Source: Bacteriovoracaceae bacterium | GTDB lineage: Bacteria > Bdellovibrionota > Bacteriovoracia > Bacteriovoracales > Bacteriovoracaceae | Reading direction: 5' to 3' | Length of the DNA stretch: 64,000 nucleotides | Assembly: GCA_021737405.1 (NCBI GenBank) | Contig: JAIPEG010000009.1 | Span: 5,028-69,027, forward strand | Part shown: positions 17,069 through 25,105 of the stretch, in pieces | Layout: every line of letters begins with the position of its first letter | How positions within the stretch are numbered: the stretch's first letter is position 1 | Notes under the pieces: generated by a model | The model's input: only the letters and a program-made list of their open reading frames with translations | Databases searched by the model: none | What the model was told of the DNA's origin: nothing | Program-made: the position numbers and the translations under genes

Positions 17069-17267
17069 AACCGCCCCCTACTGCTGAAGAGCCACCAATG
17101 GCACTTTCTCTAAATGAGCGCACCTCATTTCGAAAGGTCGATTCTTCAGGGTGGGGGTCAAGTTGCATGATTTTCTTTGCGAGAATTCCTCTGTCAATTT
17201 GATCGACATTGGCGCAACCAGATAAGAAAAAGATAAAGATGAGAAAAGTGATACTTTTTGTCGGCAT
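17055..17267 (-). CDS. DUF4266-like small lipoprotein ending in GGGCGCN
   Basis: Lipobox FLSGC. Conserved-looking C-terminal GGGCGCN. ATG at 17267 with an AAGGAT SD. Overlaps the barrel gene by 14 nt. Confidence 0.55.
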   Translation of the reverse strand: MPTKSITFLIFIFFLSGCANVDQIDRGILAKKIMQLDPHPEESTFRNEVRSFRESAIGGSSAVGGGCGCN

Positions 17268-17369
17268 AAATGATCCTTGTTGAAACAAACAATGACTAAA
17301 ATTTTAACTTCTAACTAGCTAATATGACTTGATCTAAATCAGGAAATCTCTGCCTTTTTTATTCCTCTT

Positions 17370-17397
17370 TTGACGCTGCTGGTTGTTAGGTCATAAT
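17370..17397 (+). promoter_or_regulatory. possible sigma70-type promoter (TTGACG-16 nt-CATAAT) upstream of the SLT gene
   Basis: Hexamers read directly. The predicted TSS would fall almost on the GTG start at 17405, so either the leader is very short or the call is wrong. Confidence 0.3.
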
Positions 17398-17404
17398 AGG
17401 TTGG

Positions 17405-18862
17405 GTGAGAGTTAAAGCGTTGTTCATTCTACTATTGATGCAGATTTCTAACCTTTTTGGTGTAGAAGTCACCCCCGATCATTCCTACAGAGTGTCGAAT
17501 GGCTCAATTGAGACAACCACAGGTGATATCATCAGACCGGGTGAGTTTATTAAGGTAACTCGTGTCCATCAGGGCTGGGCCTTTGCTTTTCAAAGATTAG
17601 ATAATTATCTAAGGCCCACAGGGCCCATGCTCTTTGCCTCTCGAAATTGGGTAGAAGCTGCCGTAACAGACATGAGCATCGAGGAAATTATCCGCATGGT
17701 TCAAGGGGCAGGGGATGTTGTGCAAGAGATTGTGGCACCAAGAGTTCCGTGTCCTCCCCGAGATGACATTGCCCAAATCATACTTGAAAGTGTTGCTGGT
17801 GATCTAAATACAGGTGCAGTGACGAGATCTCCAAGACCTGTTGCGAGACCGACTCCGGCAGCGACTCCAACTCCAACGGAAGAAAGCTTTGCTCCTATCA
17901 GTTCTATAAGACCAGTGCCAAGGCCAGAGCGCAGGCCTACAAGGGAGCTCTCCTCATTTCTTTATAAATCTCCTGCAGATGCTGATAGCTATTTTGCTTG
18001 TTACAAAAATAGCAATGACCTTCACCTCGACTACGAAACCCGCTATCGCACAAGCATTCGTCGTATGGCCCAAGCCTATGGTCAGCAAACTGGAGGAGAA
18101 ATCCCTCAAGATGATGTTACGACTCTCATGAGCTGTCTTATCTTTAGAGAAAGTGCACAGTGGAGAGGGGGAACTTCTTCAACAGGTGCTTTAGGTCTTG
18201 GGCAATTTACCCAAACAGCAAGAGAGCAAGTGAGGGACATATTAACGTATAATCCAAGTCGCACGAGAAGTTTTGATGATCGTGTTGCAGAACAAAGATC
18301 CGAGCGTGAAGCCGGTCGTTTATCAAGTGCAGAGCTTAGAAGAAACCTTGGCATGATCGAGGCCGAGAGGGATAACCATGATCGAAAGGTTGCGCTAAAA
18401 GAACTTTGGAATTCGATTCCAATGACGAATCGTCCTTCTGCCTCTCAGATAAACTCCTCCTTTGTTGCTGATAATGATAACCATGAAGCAGTGATTGCAA
18501 TGAGTGCCTTGATGCTTCGGAATTGCCAGATTCGCATGGAGCAAGATGATATTGAAATGGATGCCAGAACTTCATTGTTGGCCTGTGCAGGGGCATACAA
18601 TATGGGAGTCGGTGGTTTTCAGCAAAATGCTATCGTAAGAAATGGCGCTCAAAGTCTTGAGGGCTGGATTCGTAATTTAAGAAACTCAGGTGATTCTCAA
18701 AGTGCGGAGACGAGAAATCATCTTGTTAGTGTTAATCGTTGCATAAGTGGAGGCGAAAATTTTCCACCCTGTGGGACTGGGCCAGATTATTGCACGGCCT
18801 TGCCAATGAGTAATCCATGTACTGAGGATGCGAGCCCAACATGTGTAGGAGAATGTCGATGA
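17405..18862 (+). CDS. secreted lytic transglycosylase (SLT domain) with SH3-like N-domain, Pro-rich linker and Cys-rich tail
   Basis: Signal peptide. SLT motifs FRESAQW (catalytic E-S), GLGQFT and AYNMG. Linker RPVARPTPAATPTPTEE...RPVPRPERRP. Seven Cys in the last ~45 aa. Confidence 0.7.
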   Translation: MRVKALFILLLMQISNLFGVEVTPDHSYRVSNGSIETTTGDIIRPGEFIKVTRVHQGWAFAFQRLDNYLRPTGPMLFASRNWVEAAVTDMSIEEIIRMVQGAGDVVQEIVAPRVPCPPRDDIAQIILESVAGDLNTGAVTRSPRPVARPTPAATPTPTEESFAPISSIRPVPRPERRPTRELSSFLYKSPADADSYFACYKNSNDLHLDYETRYRTSIRRMAQAYGQQTGGEIPQDDVTTLMSCLIFRESAQWRGGTSSTGALGLGQFTQTAREQVRDILTYNPSRTRSFDDRVAEQRSEREAGRLSSAELRRNLGMIEAERDNHDRKVALKELWNSIPMTNRPSASQINSSFVADNDNHEAVIAMSALMLRNCQIRMEQDDIEMDARTSLLACAGAYNMGVGGFQQNAIVRNGAQSLEGWIRNLRNSGDSQSAETRNHLVSVNRCISGGENFPPCGTGPDYCTALPMSNPCTEDASPTCVGECR

Positions 18863-19248
18863 GAAAATATATAGCGCTCCTCTTTTGTGGGCTTATCTGT
18901 AGCGCGACACCCGCCAAATTAAGCTGGTCCAAATTGGAATTGTTGGAAGGAAAGTTAGAAAAATGGAGCCAAAATGTGGGGGAGAAAGACCTCATAAAGA
19001 TTGGTAAAATGAACCAAAGGCCAGAAGAAATTAAATATATACGGGCCTTCTTTCCTTACTTGTTACCCCAGGGCTTTTTCTCGCGAAAACTCGATTTGAG
19101 TTGTTATCCCTCATTTGATCAGTTCAAAAAGGAGAGGAATTCAAAAACCTACCATTCATGGAAGAGTTGCATCAATGAGCTCTATGCAGACAACCCTCCA
19201 GAGTTGCTTCAAAGGGCGATTAACGATCTTCGTCCTGCGTCAAAATAG
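18859..19248 (+). CDS. hypothetical small secreted protein translationally coupled to the SLT gene
   Basis: ATGA start/stop overlap at 18859..18862. Signal peptide MRKYIALLFCGLICSA. Confidence 0.55.
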   Translation: MRKYIALLFCGLICSATPAKLSWSKLELLEGKLEKWSQNVGEKDLIKIGKMNQRPEEIKYIRAFFPYLLPQGFFSRKLDLSCYPSFDQFKKERNSKTYHSWKSCINELYADNPPELLQRAINDLRPASK

Positions 19249-19344
19249 AACGATCTAATTTTGATATAGATACCCCTAGAAGTATTGTTCTTTAGTAAAA
19301 TAGTCTGATTTGTTAAAACTTCTCTTTATAAGAGGAGATTCAAC

Positions 19345-20001
19345 ATGTTCAAAATATTGTGCGCTTTCATTTTATCCACTGGCTTTTCTACCAATGCGTA
19401 TTACGACGACCAGCCTGAAGTGATCGCTCTTGCAAATGCAGGTGACTTTTCAATTGTTAAGAACTCTTCAGAGTGTCCGCGCCAATATGCTCCAGCAAAT
19501 GAAAGAGATGAGCTTAGAGGAGAAAGAGGGTCCCTATGTGTGGAGTCACTTTTATTACCTGAAGACGTTCAGTTTGAAATTGATTTAATGAAGCAGGCCG
19601 AGCTTGAAAATGAAAGTGATTATGATCAAAGAATCACTTCTGTTCTTGCTTTTAAATACCACAAAATGAAAAATGCTCAGGCTTCCTTGGAAGAGCTTGA
19701 AAAATTAGTAACTGCCCTAAATATTCCCCTCGCTCAAATGAAGGGCTTATCTTTTAGTTCAGAAGTGGCAAGTGCGAGAACATTTTCTCGTTTTGATGAT
19801 TTGTTCTTAGGAATTGAATTTATCACTAAGGCCAAGGTCAGAAACTTTCTTTTAAAGAGCTTCAAAGGTCAAAACCTTCAAGTAGTTTCCTTTGGAGATG
19901 GCGTGGAGCTCTACCCTGGTGGCGGCTTCTATGTGACTCACTACCTTTTTATCAGCAAAAATCAGGCAATCTATGTCAAACTTTCTTGGTGGAATAGCTA
20001 G
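19345..20001 (+). CDS. hypothetical secreted protein
   Basis: Signal peptide MFKILCAFILSTGFSTNA. GAGGAG SD. No family recognised. Confidence 0.55.
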   Translation: MFKILCAFILSTGFSTNAYYDDQPEVIALANAGDFSIVKNSSECPRQYAPANERDELRGERGSLCVESLLLPEDVQFEIDLMKQAELENESDYDQRITSVLAFKYHKMKNAQASLEELEKLVTALNIPLAQMKGLSFSSEVASARTFSRFDDLFLGIEFITKAKVRNFLLKSFKGQNLQVVSFGDGVELYPGGGFYVTHYLFISKNQAIYVKLSWWNS

Positions 20002-20007
20002 TCCTAA

Positions 20008-20487
20008 ATGGCAATAACTGAAGAAGACAGAATTTACGAAAGAGAGCTCCTTCGTGCTATTCCTGTAGTTGATGGAATGGATATTGGTCTGGTCGATCTT
20101 TCTTTAATTGACCTCACTTTATCAGCTCCCTTAAATACCCATATCAATTATGAGGGTACAGCTTTTGGTGGCTCTCTCAATACACTTTGCGTGCTTTCTT
20201 GTTACCTTTTAGTCCATCATCGTCTTAAAAAAGAAGGGCTAGAATTTAACTCCCTCGTCATTCAAGATAGTCGTATCAGTTATTTGAGTCCCGTTCACTC
20301 AGACTTTAAAGCAAGATCGCAGTTTGAAAATGTGGATAGTTTCTTAAAACTCTTTAAGAGAAAGGGCATCTCTCGCGCTGAGATGAGGGCAGTGGTCACT
20401 TGTGAAGAATCAAAAAGTCCTCTTGTTCAGTTTGAAGGCCGCTTTGTCGCCACGAGAGACCTTAACAGGCAAGCTCCTCCCATATAG
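20008..20487 (+). CDS. hotdog-fold thioesterase, YiiD C-terminal-like
   Basis: Pattern AIPVVDGMDI...APLNTHINYEGTAFGGSL...ISYLSPV resembles the YiiD_C thioesterase family. From memory. Confidence 0.5.
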   Translation: MAITEEDRIYERELLRAIPVVDGMDIGLVDLSLIDLTLSAPLNTHINYEGTAFGGSLNTLCVLSCYLLVHHRLKKEGLEFNSLVIQDSRISYLSPVHSDFKARSQFENVDSFLKLFKRKGISRAEMRAVVTCEESKSPLVQFEGRFVATRDLNRQAPPI

Positions 20488-20951
20488 AGGGCCCAAAAGA
20501 GAGCGACATAATAAAGAGCATTTTCACCTAACTCTAAAATCCCAAAGGCCGGACCTGCCCGATAGGCAAGGGGACCACCAATCACGCCAAAGAGAATCGC
20601 CATGATAGGTTTGAATAAAAACTTCTTAAGAGCGTGAAGAAAGTTAAGTGGAAAAACTAACCATAAGGCCAATAGCCAGACGGGGTAGGGTCCAATTTTA
20701 TTTCCGGAAAAAGAGAACTTCTCAAAGTAAAAAAGTAGACCATCACCAAAGAGGCCAAATGAGAGAGCCAGAAGATAAAAGAGCGTAAAAGATTTCTTGT
20801 CTTCGATATAGTAAATGGAGTGAGTGATAAGAGAGGCGATAACAAAGATACTCAAAATGATGAGTTGTAGGTTATGAGTTAGGTACTTGCCACTTAAAAC
20901 GCATATCCACCATGAAAGGGAAGTAAAAATAAAACCGAAGGTATTTTTCAT
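20427..20951 (-). CDS. small polytopic membrane protein (DUF2878-like, tentative)
   Basis: 174 aa with 5-6 hydrophobic helices. The 3-prime end overlaps the convergent thioesterase gene by 61 nt. Confidence 0.45.
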   Translation of the reverse strand: MKNTFGFIFTSLSWWICVLSGKYLTHNLQLIILSIFVIASLITHSIYYIEDKKSFTLFYLLALSFGLFGDGLLFYFEKFSFSGNKIGPYPVWLLALWLVFPLNFLHALKKFLFKPIMAILFGVIGGPLAYRAGPAFGILELGENALYYVALFWALYMGGACLLRSLVATKRPSN

Positions 20952-20972
20952 AAGGTTACCTTAAAGAAATTT

Positions 20973-22778
20973 TTAGAAATAGAAAAGAAGAGAAGAGGTG
21001 ACAAAGGTATCCTTGTCTAAGAGTTCCCCTTCAGTCTTTAAAGAAAAACGCTTCGTTAAGTCTATTTGAGTCGCAAGACTGACATATCTTAGAGGATGAC
21101 CAGCTGCTTGAAAATTTCCCCAATGAGCTCCAAGGGCTAAATTAAGTCTTAAAATTTCAAAGGGGCTTGTCATCCATTGGGCCAACGCTTTTCCTTGAAT
21201 TTTCAATTCATCACCAAAAGAGTCAGGGCGTGAGTAGTCTATTGTTACGGGAAGAGTCAGTCTCAGTATTCCTTTATTTACGCGCCAATTAACACCTACT
21301 AAGCTTCTCATATACGGACCTAAATCATAGGCAATAGTATTGGGATGATTGCGGGCCCCTACTTCAAGTCCCCAGCTCAAGGCACCTGTATTGGCCCAAT
21401 TCTCTTGATTGGCCTCTGTTTTAAAGAGGGTAAATTTCTTAAGTTCAAGGCACTTTCTCTCTTCATCATAAGCTCCTTCAACTTTTCCAAGCATCAGTTG
21501 CGACCAAGGGGGGGCTCCAATTTGTGGGTCCATATATTCGTGAAAGCTAAAGCGGTAAGTTAATAGCAGTCTGTTAAACTCCACGTCGGGTCCTTTACGA
21601 CTAAAAGTCTGCTTCTCATAACCCGCCGATAAGTAGCGAGAGGGATGGATAAAGTGAGGGCTTGTCGATTCTTTAACTACAATCTCTTCGGTATCGACAT
21701 TTGAGAGCTTGGCCCTCGCTCCTTGAAGGGAGCGCTTTTCTTTAAGTGCTGAGGGATCTCTTTTAAAAAGTAATTTTCCTTTCTCTAGATCCATGAGGTC
21801 GATTTTAAAATCAAGTAGGTGGGCCTGATCTTCTTCACTTAGATTGTCTTTCTTGCCTTTGAGGCCAAGTCTGGCGTTTTTAGAAAGAGCTAAATGGCGC
21901 GCCTGAGTTTTCTTAAATTGAGAAGGACGCACTTTAATGTCAGAGACAAAATTTGGAATTTGGTTCACAAGGGATAATGTTTCACCAGGCAGCACAAAGT
22001 AGGACATGCGCTCTTTAAAATTTAGTTCAGGTCTAATGGCATCGAGAAATAATAATAAGTGATAGCTGCAATTTTCTGTTAGGTAGTAGTAATCAAAACG
22101 TGCCTGATCCATTTCCCAAAGGTGAGCGAGGAACATTTTCTTTTCTGATTCAGTGAGATTCAGTTTATATTCCCAGAGGTCCCTGGTTTCACTGTCATTA
22201 TATTCGGTGATCTTTATGAAATAGGGTAGGAGACTAAAGTTTCCCTTAAAGCCACCAGTTAGGCCAAAGAGCGCGTATAATAGTGGGTTTTGGGTGGTCA
22301 TTTGAGCGGCAAAGTTGACGCCATATTCAAGTAGGTCATTGTCGTTGCCAACGCCTTGAAGCTTAAAGAGAGTATGGCCAAAGGCACTGCTTGGATTATT
22401 AACGTAGTAGCTTGCAAAGACTAGCCAAACATTTTCGAGTTTTACTTTTCTTTTGAAGTACTCATATTTTGGACAATTCTTTATTTCCTCTGAGATAAGG
22501 CCTAATTGATTTAAATAAAGTGTTCGCGCTGGGAATTGGCAGCGTTTCTTGGGGTCTTCTTTTAAAACTTTAATGGCCTCCAAAAATTCTTTGTCGGGAG
22601 AGTGCCTGCCTTCTGGATGAAAGAAGAAACTGTCATTGGTGACGGCAGAAATATTCTTTGAATCATAGCGATAAAGATTTAACCATTGTTGATCGTACTT
22701 TTTTGTAACAAGAGTTTCTGCAGAGACGCAAAAGGTAAGAAATAAAAAAGTGAGTAGAGTATACAATTGCAGGGGCAT
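20973..22778 (-). CDS. DUF4105 (Lnb N-terminal periplasmic domain) protein
   Basis: Signal peptide. SSAFGHTLFKL motif typical of DUF4105. C-terminal beta-rich region ending LLFYF. Confidence 0.6.
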   Translation of the reverse strand: MPLQLYTLLTFLFLTFCVSAETLVTKKYDQQWLNLYRYDSKNISAVTNDSFFFHPEGRHSPDKEFLEAIKVLKEDPKKRCQFPARTLYLNQLGLISEEIKNCPKYEYFKRKVKLENVWLVFASYYVNNPSSAFGHTLFKLQGVGNDNDLLEYGVNFAAQMTTQNPLLYALFGLTGGFKGNFSLLPYFIKITEYNDSETRDLWEYKLNLTESEKKMFLAHLWEMDQARFDYYYLTENCSYHLLLFLDAIRPELNFKERMSYFVLPGETLSLVNQIPNFVSDIKVRPSQFKKTQARHLALSKNARLGLKGKKDNLSEEDQAHLLDFKIDLMDLEKGKLLFKRDPSALKEKRSLQGARAKLSNVDTEEIVVKESTSPHFIHPSRYLSAGYEKQTFSRKGPDVEFNRLLLTYRFSFHEYMDPQIGAPPWSQLMLGKVEGAYDEERKCLELKKFTLFKTEANQENWANTGALSWGLEVGARNHPNTIAYDLGPYMRSLVGVNWRVNKGILRLTLPVTIDYSRPDSFGDELKIQGKALAQWMTSPFEILRLNLALGAHWGNFQAAGHPLRYVSLATQIDLTKRFSLKTEGELLDKDTFVTSSLLFYF

Positions 22779-22814
22779 AGAAAACGGGGGAGTGAACTCC
22801 CCCGCCTTATAAAC

Positions 22815-23240
22815 TTAAATAAGTTCGATAATTTGACCGTGGATTGATTCAGCATCATTATCCGCAGCAAAAAGAGTGGCAAAGTTTTGCTGAAGAACTT
22901 TCATATCAGCATTGTTTGCACCAATAAGCTTTAAGTAAGCTTGAAGAGTTTCACCTTGACCACGAGCAATGTCGTTAGCAAGTTTTTCTCTGTTGTTTTG
23001 AATAAATACAGGACCAGAAACTTTTGCTTGTTGAGCATCTTCACAACCTAAAGTACCTGTAGACATAGCAAATGTTTGGTTACCTGATGAACCGTTAAAA
23101 GTTGCAGCTAGAACGTTGAAAACAAGTCCTTCTTTACCAGCAAAAAGCATAGATCCAAGACCACAACCTGCAGGCCCGTGAGCTGCAAAAGTGTTTCCTA
23201 CAAAAAGTGTCATAGCGACAGTTAATACTAATTTCTTCAT
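22815..23240 (-). CDS. DUF3015 family secreted protein
   Basis: Signal peptide followed by GPAGCGLGSMLF, then GTLGCED. Typical of DUF3015 and commonly next to DUF4105 genes. Confidence 0.6.
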   Translation of the reverse strand: MKKLVLTVAMTLFVGNTFAAHGPAGCGLGSMLFAGKEGLVFNVLAATFNGSSGNQTFAMSTGTLGCEDAQQAKVSGPVFIQNNREKLANDIARGQGETLQAYLKLIGANNADMKVLQQNFATLFAADNDAESIHGQIIELI

Positions 23241-23393
23241 TCATCCTCCTCGATGATGTGTAGATTCTTAAAAAAGAAGTATACCCATTGTCCTAAACAT
23301 TTAAGCAAAGTAAAGAGGCAAAGTTGGTATACCCGAGCCATATCCTTTTCTATTTTTAATTGATTAAGTTGGTTGTTTTGATCATTTCCACCA

Positions 23394-23432
23394 ATGACTT
23401 TAATAACTTATCAAAAACATGATTAAAGTCAT
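23394..23432. promoter_or_regulatory. perfect 11-bp inverted repeat ATGACTTTAAT-N17-ATTAAAGTCAT upstream of the hemerythrin gene
   Basis: Read directly from the sequence. Lies 81 nt before the ATG at 23513 in the divergent region shared with the DUF3015 gene. Confidence 0.35.
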
Positions 23433-23512
23433 CTCTTTAGCTGCTATGTGGCATAGGCCGTTTTACCGATGAACTTCAAAATAAGGGCATATTGATTTTG
23501 AGGAGGAAATTT

Positions 23513-23914
23513 ATGAAATTTGATACTTTTAAATGGAGTGATGAATTAAGTATTGGCGTTACCGCAATGGATAATCAGCACAAGGTCTTAATAGATAAAA
23601 TTAACACCTTAATTGATGATCTGAGCGAGGATAGCCCAAACTCCCATAAAGATTTTCAAGCACTGGCAGGCTATGTCGTTGAGCACTTTAATGATGAAGA
23701 AAAGTATATGGAAAGTATTGGTTTTCCTGGACTGCCAATACACAAGAATATTCATAAGCAACTTTTAGAAAAAGTAGGAGAGTTTGATGAGGATATTCGG
23801 ATTGGAACGGTGGATAAAATGAAACTAATCTCTTTTTTAAAAATGTGGTTAAAGTCTCATATAATGGGTATCGACATGAAATATGGTGATTTTTCCCAGG
23901 AGAAGTCTGCTTAA
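23513..23914 (+). CDS. bacteriohemerythrin (hemerythrin-like metal-binding protein)
   Basis: FKWSDELSIGVTAMDNQHKVLIDKIN. H/E/D ligand pattern (HFNDEEKYM, HKNIHKQL, WLKSHIMGIDMKY). GAGGAGG SD. Confidence 0.8.
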   Translation: MKFDTFKWSDELSIGVTAMDNQHKVLIDKINTLIDDLSEDSPNSHKDFQALAGYVVEHFNDEEKYMESIGFPGLPIHKNIHKQLLEKVGEFDEDIRIGTVDKMKLISFLKMWLKSHIMGIDMKYGDFSQEKSA

Positions 23915-23974
23915 TTACTCTGGTTTTAAGGCCATCTCAAAAAATGACGATAAGTTCTTAGGTGAGGTGGCCAG

Positions 23975-24217
23975 ATGTGTGATGTATGTTATCAAGAAGA
24001 AATTGATTGGAAATTTAAAAATGGGGGTAAGTCTACACAGACTTGCCGATTGTACCGAGTCTATAAAGGACAATCGACTCCGATAAAACTGTGTCATCTT
24101 CATGCAATCGAACTCTTTTGCATCGGTGAATCTCGCTTTTTAGAATCTCACCCAAGGCTTGCGATGAGCCTACACGCTAATACACGCTCAACCAGTGACG
24201 TTTTTGCTTTTTCTTAA
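23975..24217 (+). CDS. hypothetical small Cys/His-rich protein (possible zinc ribbon)
   Basis: 80-aa ORF with a GGTGAGGTGG SD-like stretch. CDVC...C...CHLH pattern. No family recognised. Confidence 0.4.
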   Translation: MCDVCYQEEIDWKFKNGGKSTQTCRLYRVYKGQSTPIKLCHLHAIELFCIGESRFLESHPRLAMSLHANTRSTSDVFAFS

Positions 24218-24238
24218 AGAATTAGTCAAACTACCAGA

Positions 24239-24904
24239 ATGTTGGAACACCCAGAGCATTTCACCGAACTTAAAAATGCCTTAAACTTACATCGCATTTG
24301 TCCTGAGCCAAATCTTATTAAGGGTTGGGCCGCTGTTCATCTTATTTTTTCTCACGATAATTTGGGACTAAAAGACGGTCTTAAATTGGCGATGATTCGT
24401 CGTTCGAAGAGAGAAGATGATCCATGGTCTGGTCATTACGCTTTTCCAGGTGGCAGAGTTGATCAAGGTGAGAGTGTTTTGAAGGCCGCCTTTAGGGAGA
24501 CCCATGAAGAGATTGGTCTTAAGTTAGGGAAGGAAACTTATCTTGGTGAGTTTCTTAATTTACAATTAAAATTTAAAGGAAAGAACCTGCCTTTTGCCAT
24601 ATCGGCCCACGCTTCCTACATTCAAAATGAACTGGCCTTTGAGCCCTGTCCTCATGAAGTAGATGAGGCCTTTTGGTTTTCTCTGAATCATTTACACAAT
24701 GAATCCAACCTCCTTCAAAAGAAATTTAAGTTAGCAGGAAAAGAGGCTGAATTTCCTTGTATTAGTTTTTCAGGCCACACGATTTGGGGCATCAGCTACA
24801 TGATCCTGCGTGAGCTCTTTTCTCAGTTGGATGGCATCCCTTTCAATAGAAAAGATCAATTCTCTCGATCTTTTCTTCCAGGACACCCTCAGGGAAAAGT
24901 CTAA
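24239..24904 (+). CDS. NUDIX hydrolase, CoA pyrophosphatase-like
   Basis: Nudix box GGRVDQGESVLKAAFRETHEEIGL preceded by LAMIRRSKREDDPWSGHYAFPGG, resembling the CoA-pyrophosphatase signature. Confidence 0.75.
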   Translation: MLEHPEHFTELKNALNLHRICPEPNLIKGWAAVHLIFSHDNLGLKDGLKLAMIRRSKREDDPWSGHYAFPGGRVDQGESVLKAAFRETHEEIGLKLGKETYLGEFLNLQLKFKGKNLPFAISAHASYIQNELAFEPCPHEVDEAFWFSLNHLHNESNLLQKKFKLAGKEAEFPCISFSGHTIWGISYMILRELFSQLDGIPFNRKDQFSRSFLPGHPQGKV

Positions 24905-25105
24905 AGACTAAAAAAATTACAGTATCAGGTCCCAAGTCTCTGATAAAAATCACTTTTTCTCCAGAGATAGCACCTGATCAAAGTCAGGTTCCCATTATAA
25001 ATATTTCCCATTGATGAGTTTTACCTTATGCCACGCGCTAAATAAGTGTAATAAGGGGGAACCTACACATAATGCATGCCCATTTTTTTAGAGAGAGGAG
25101 AGAAC

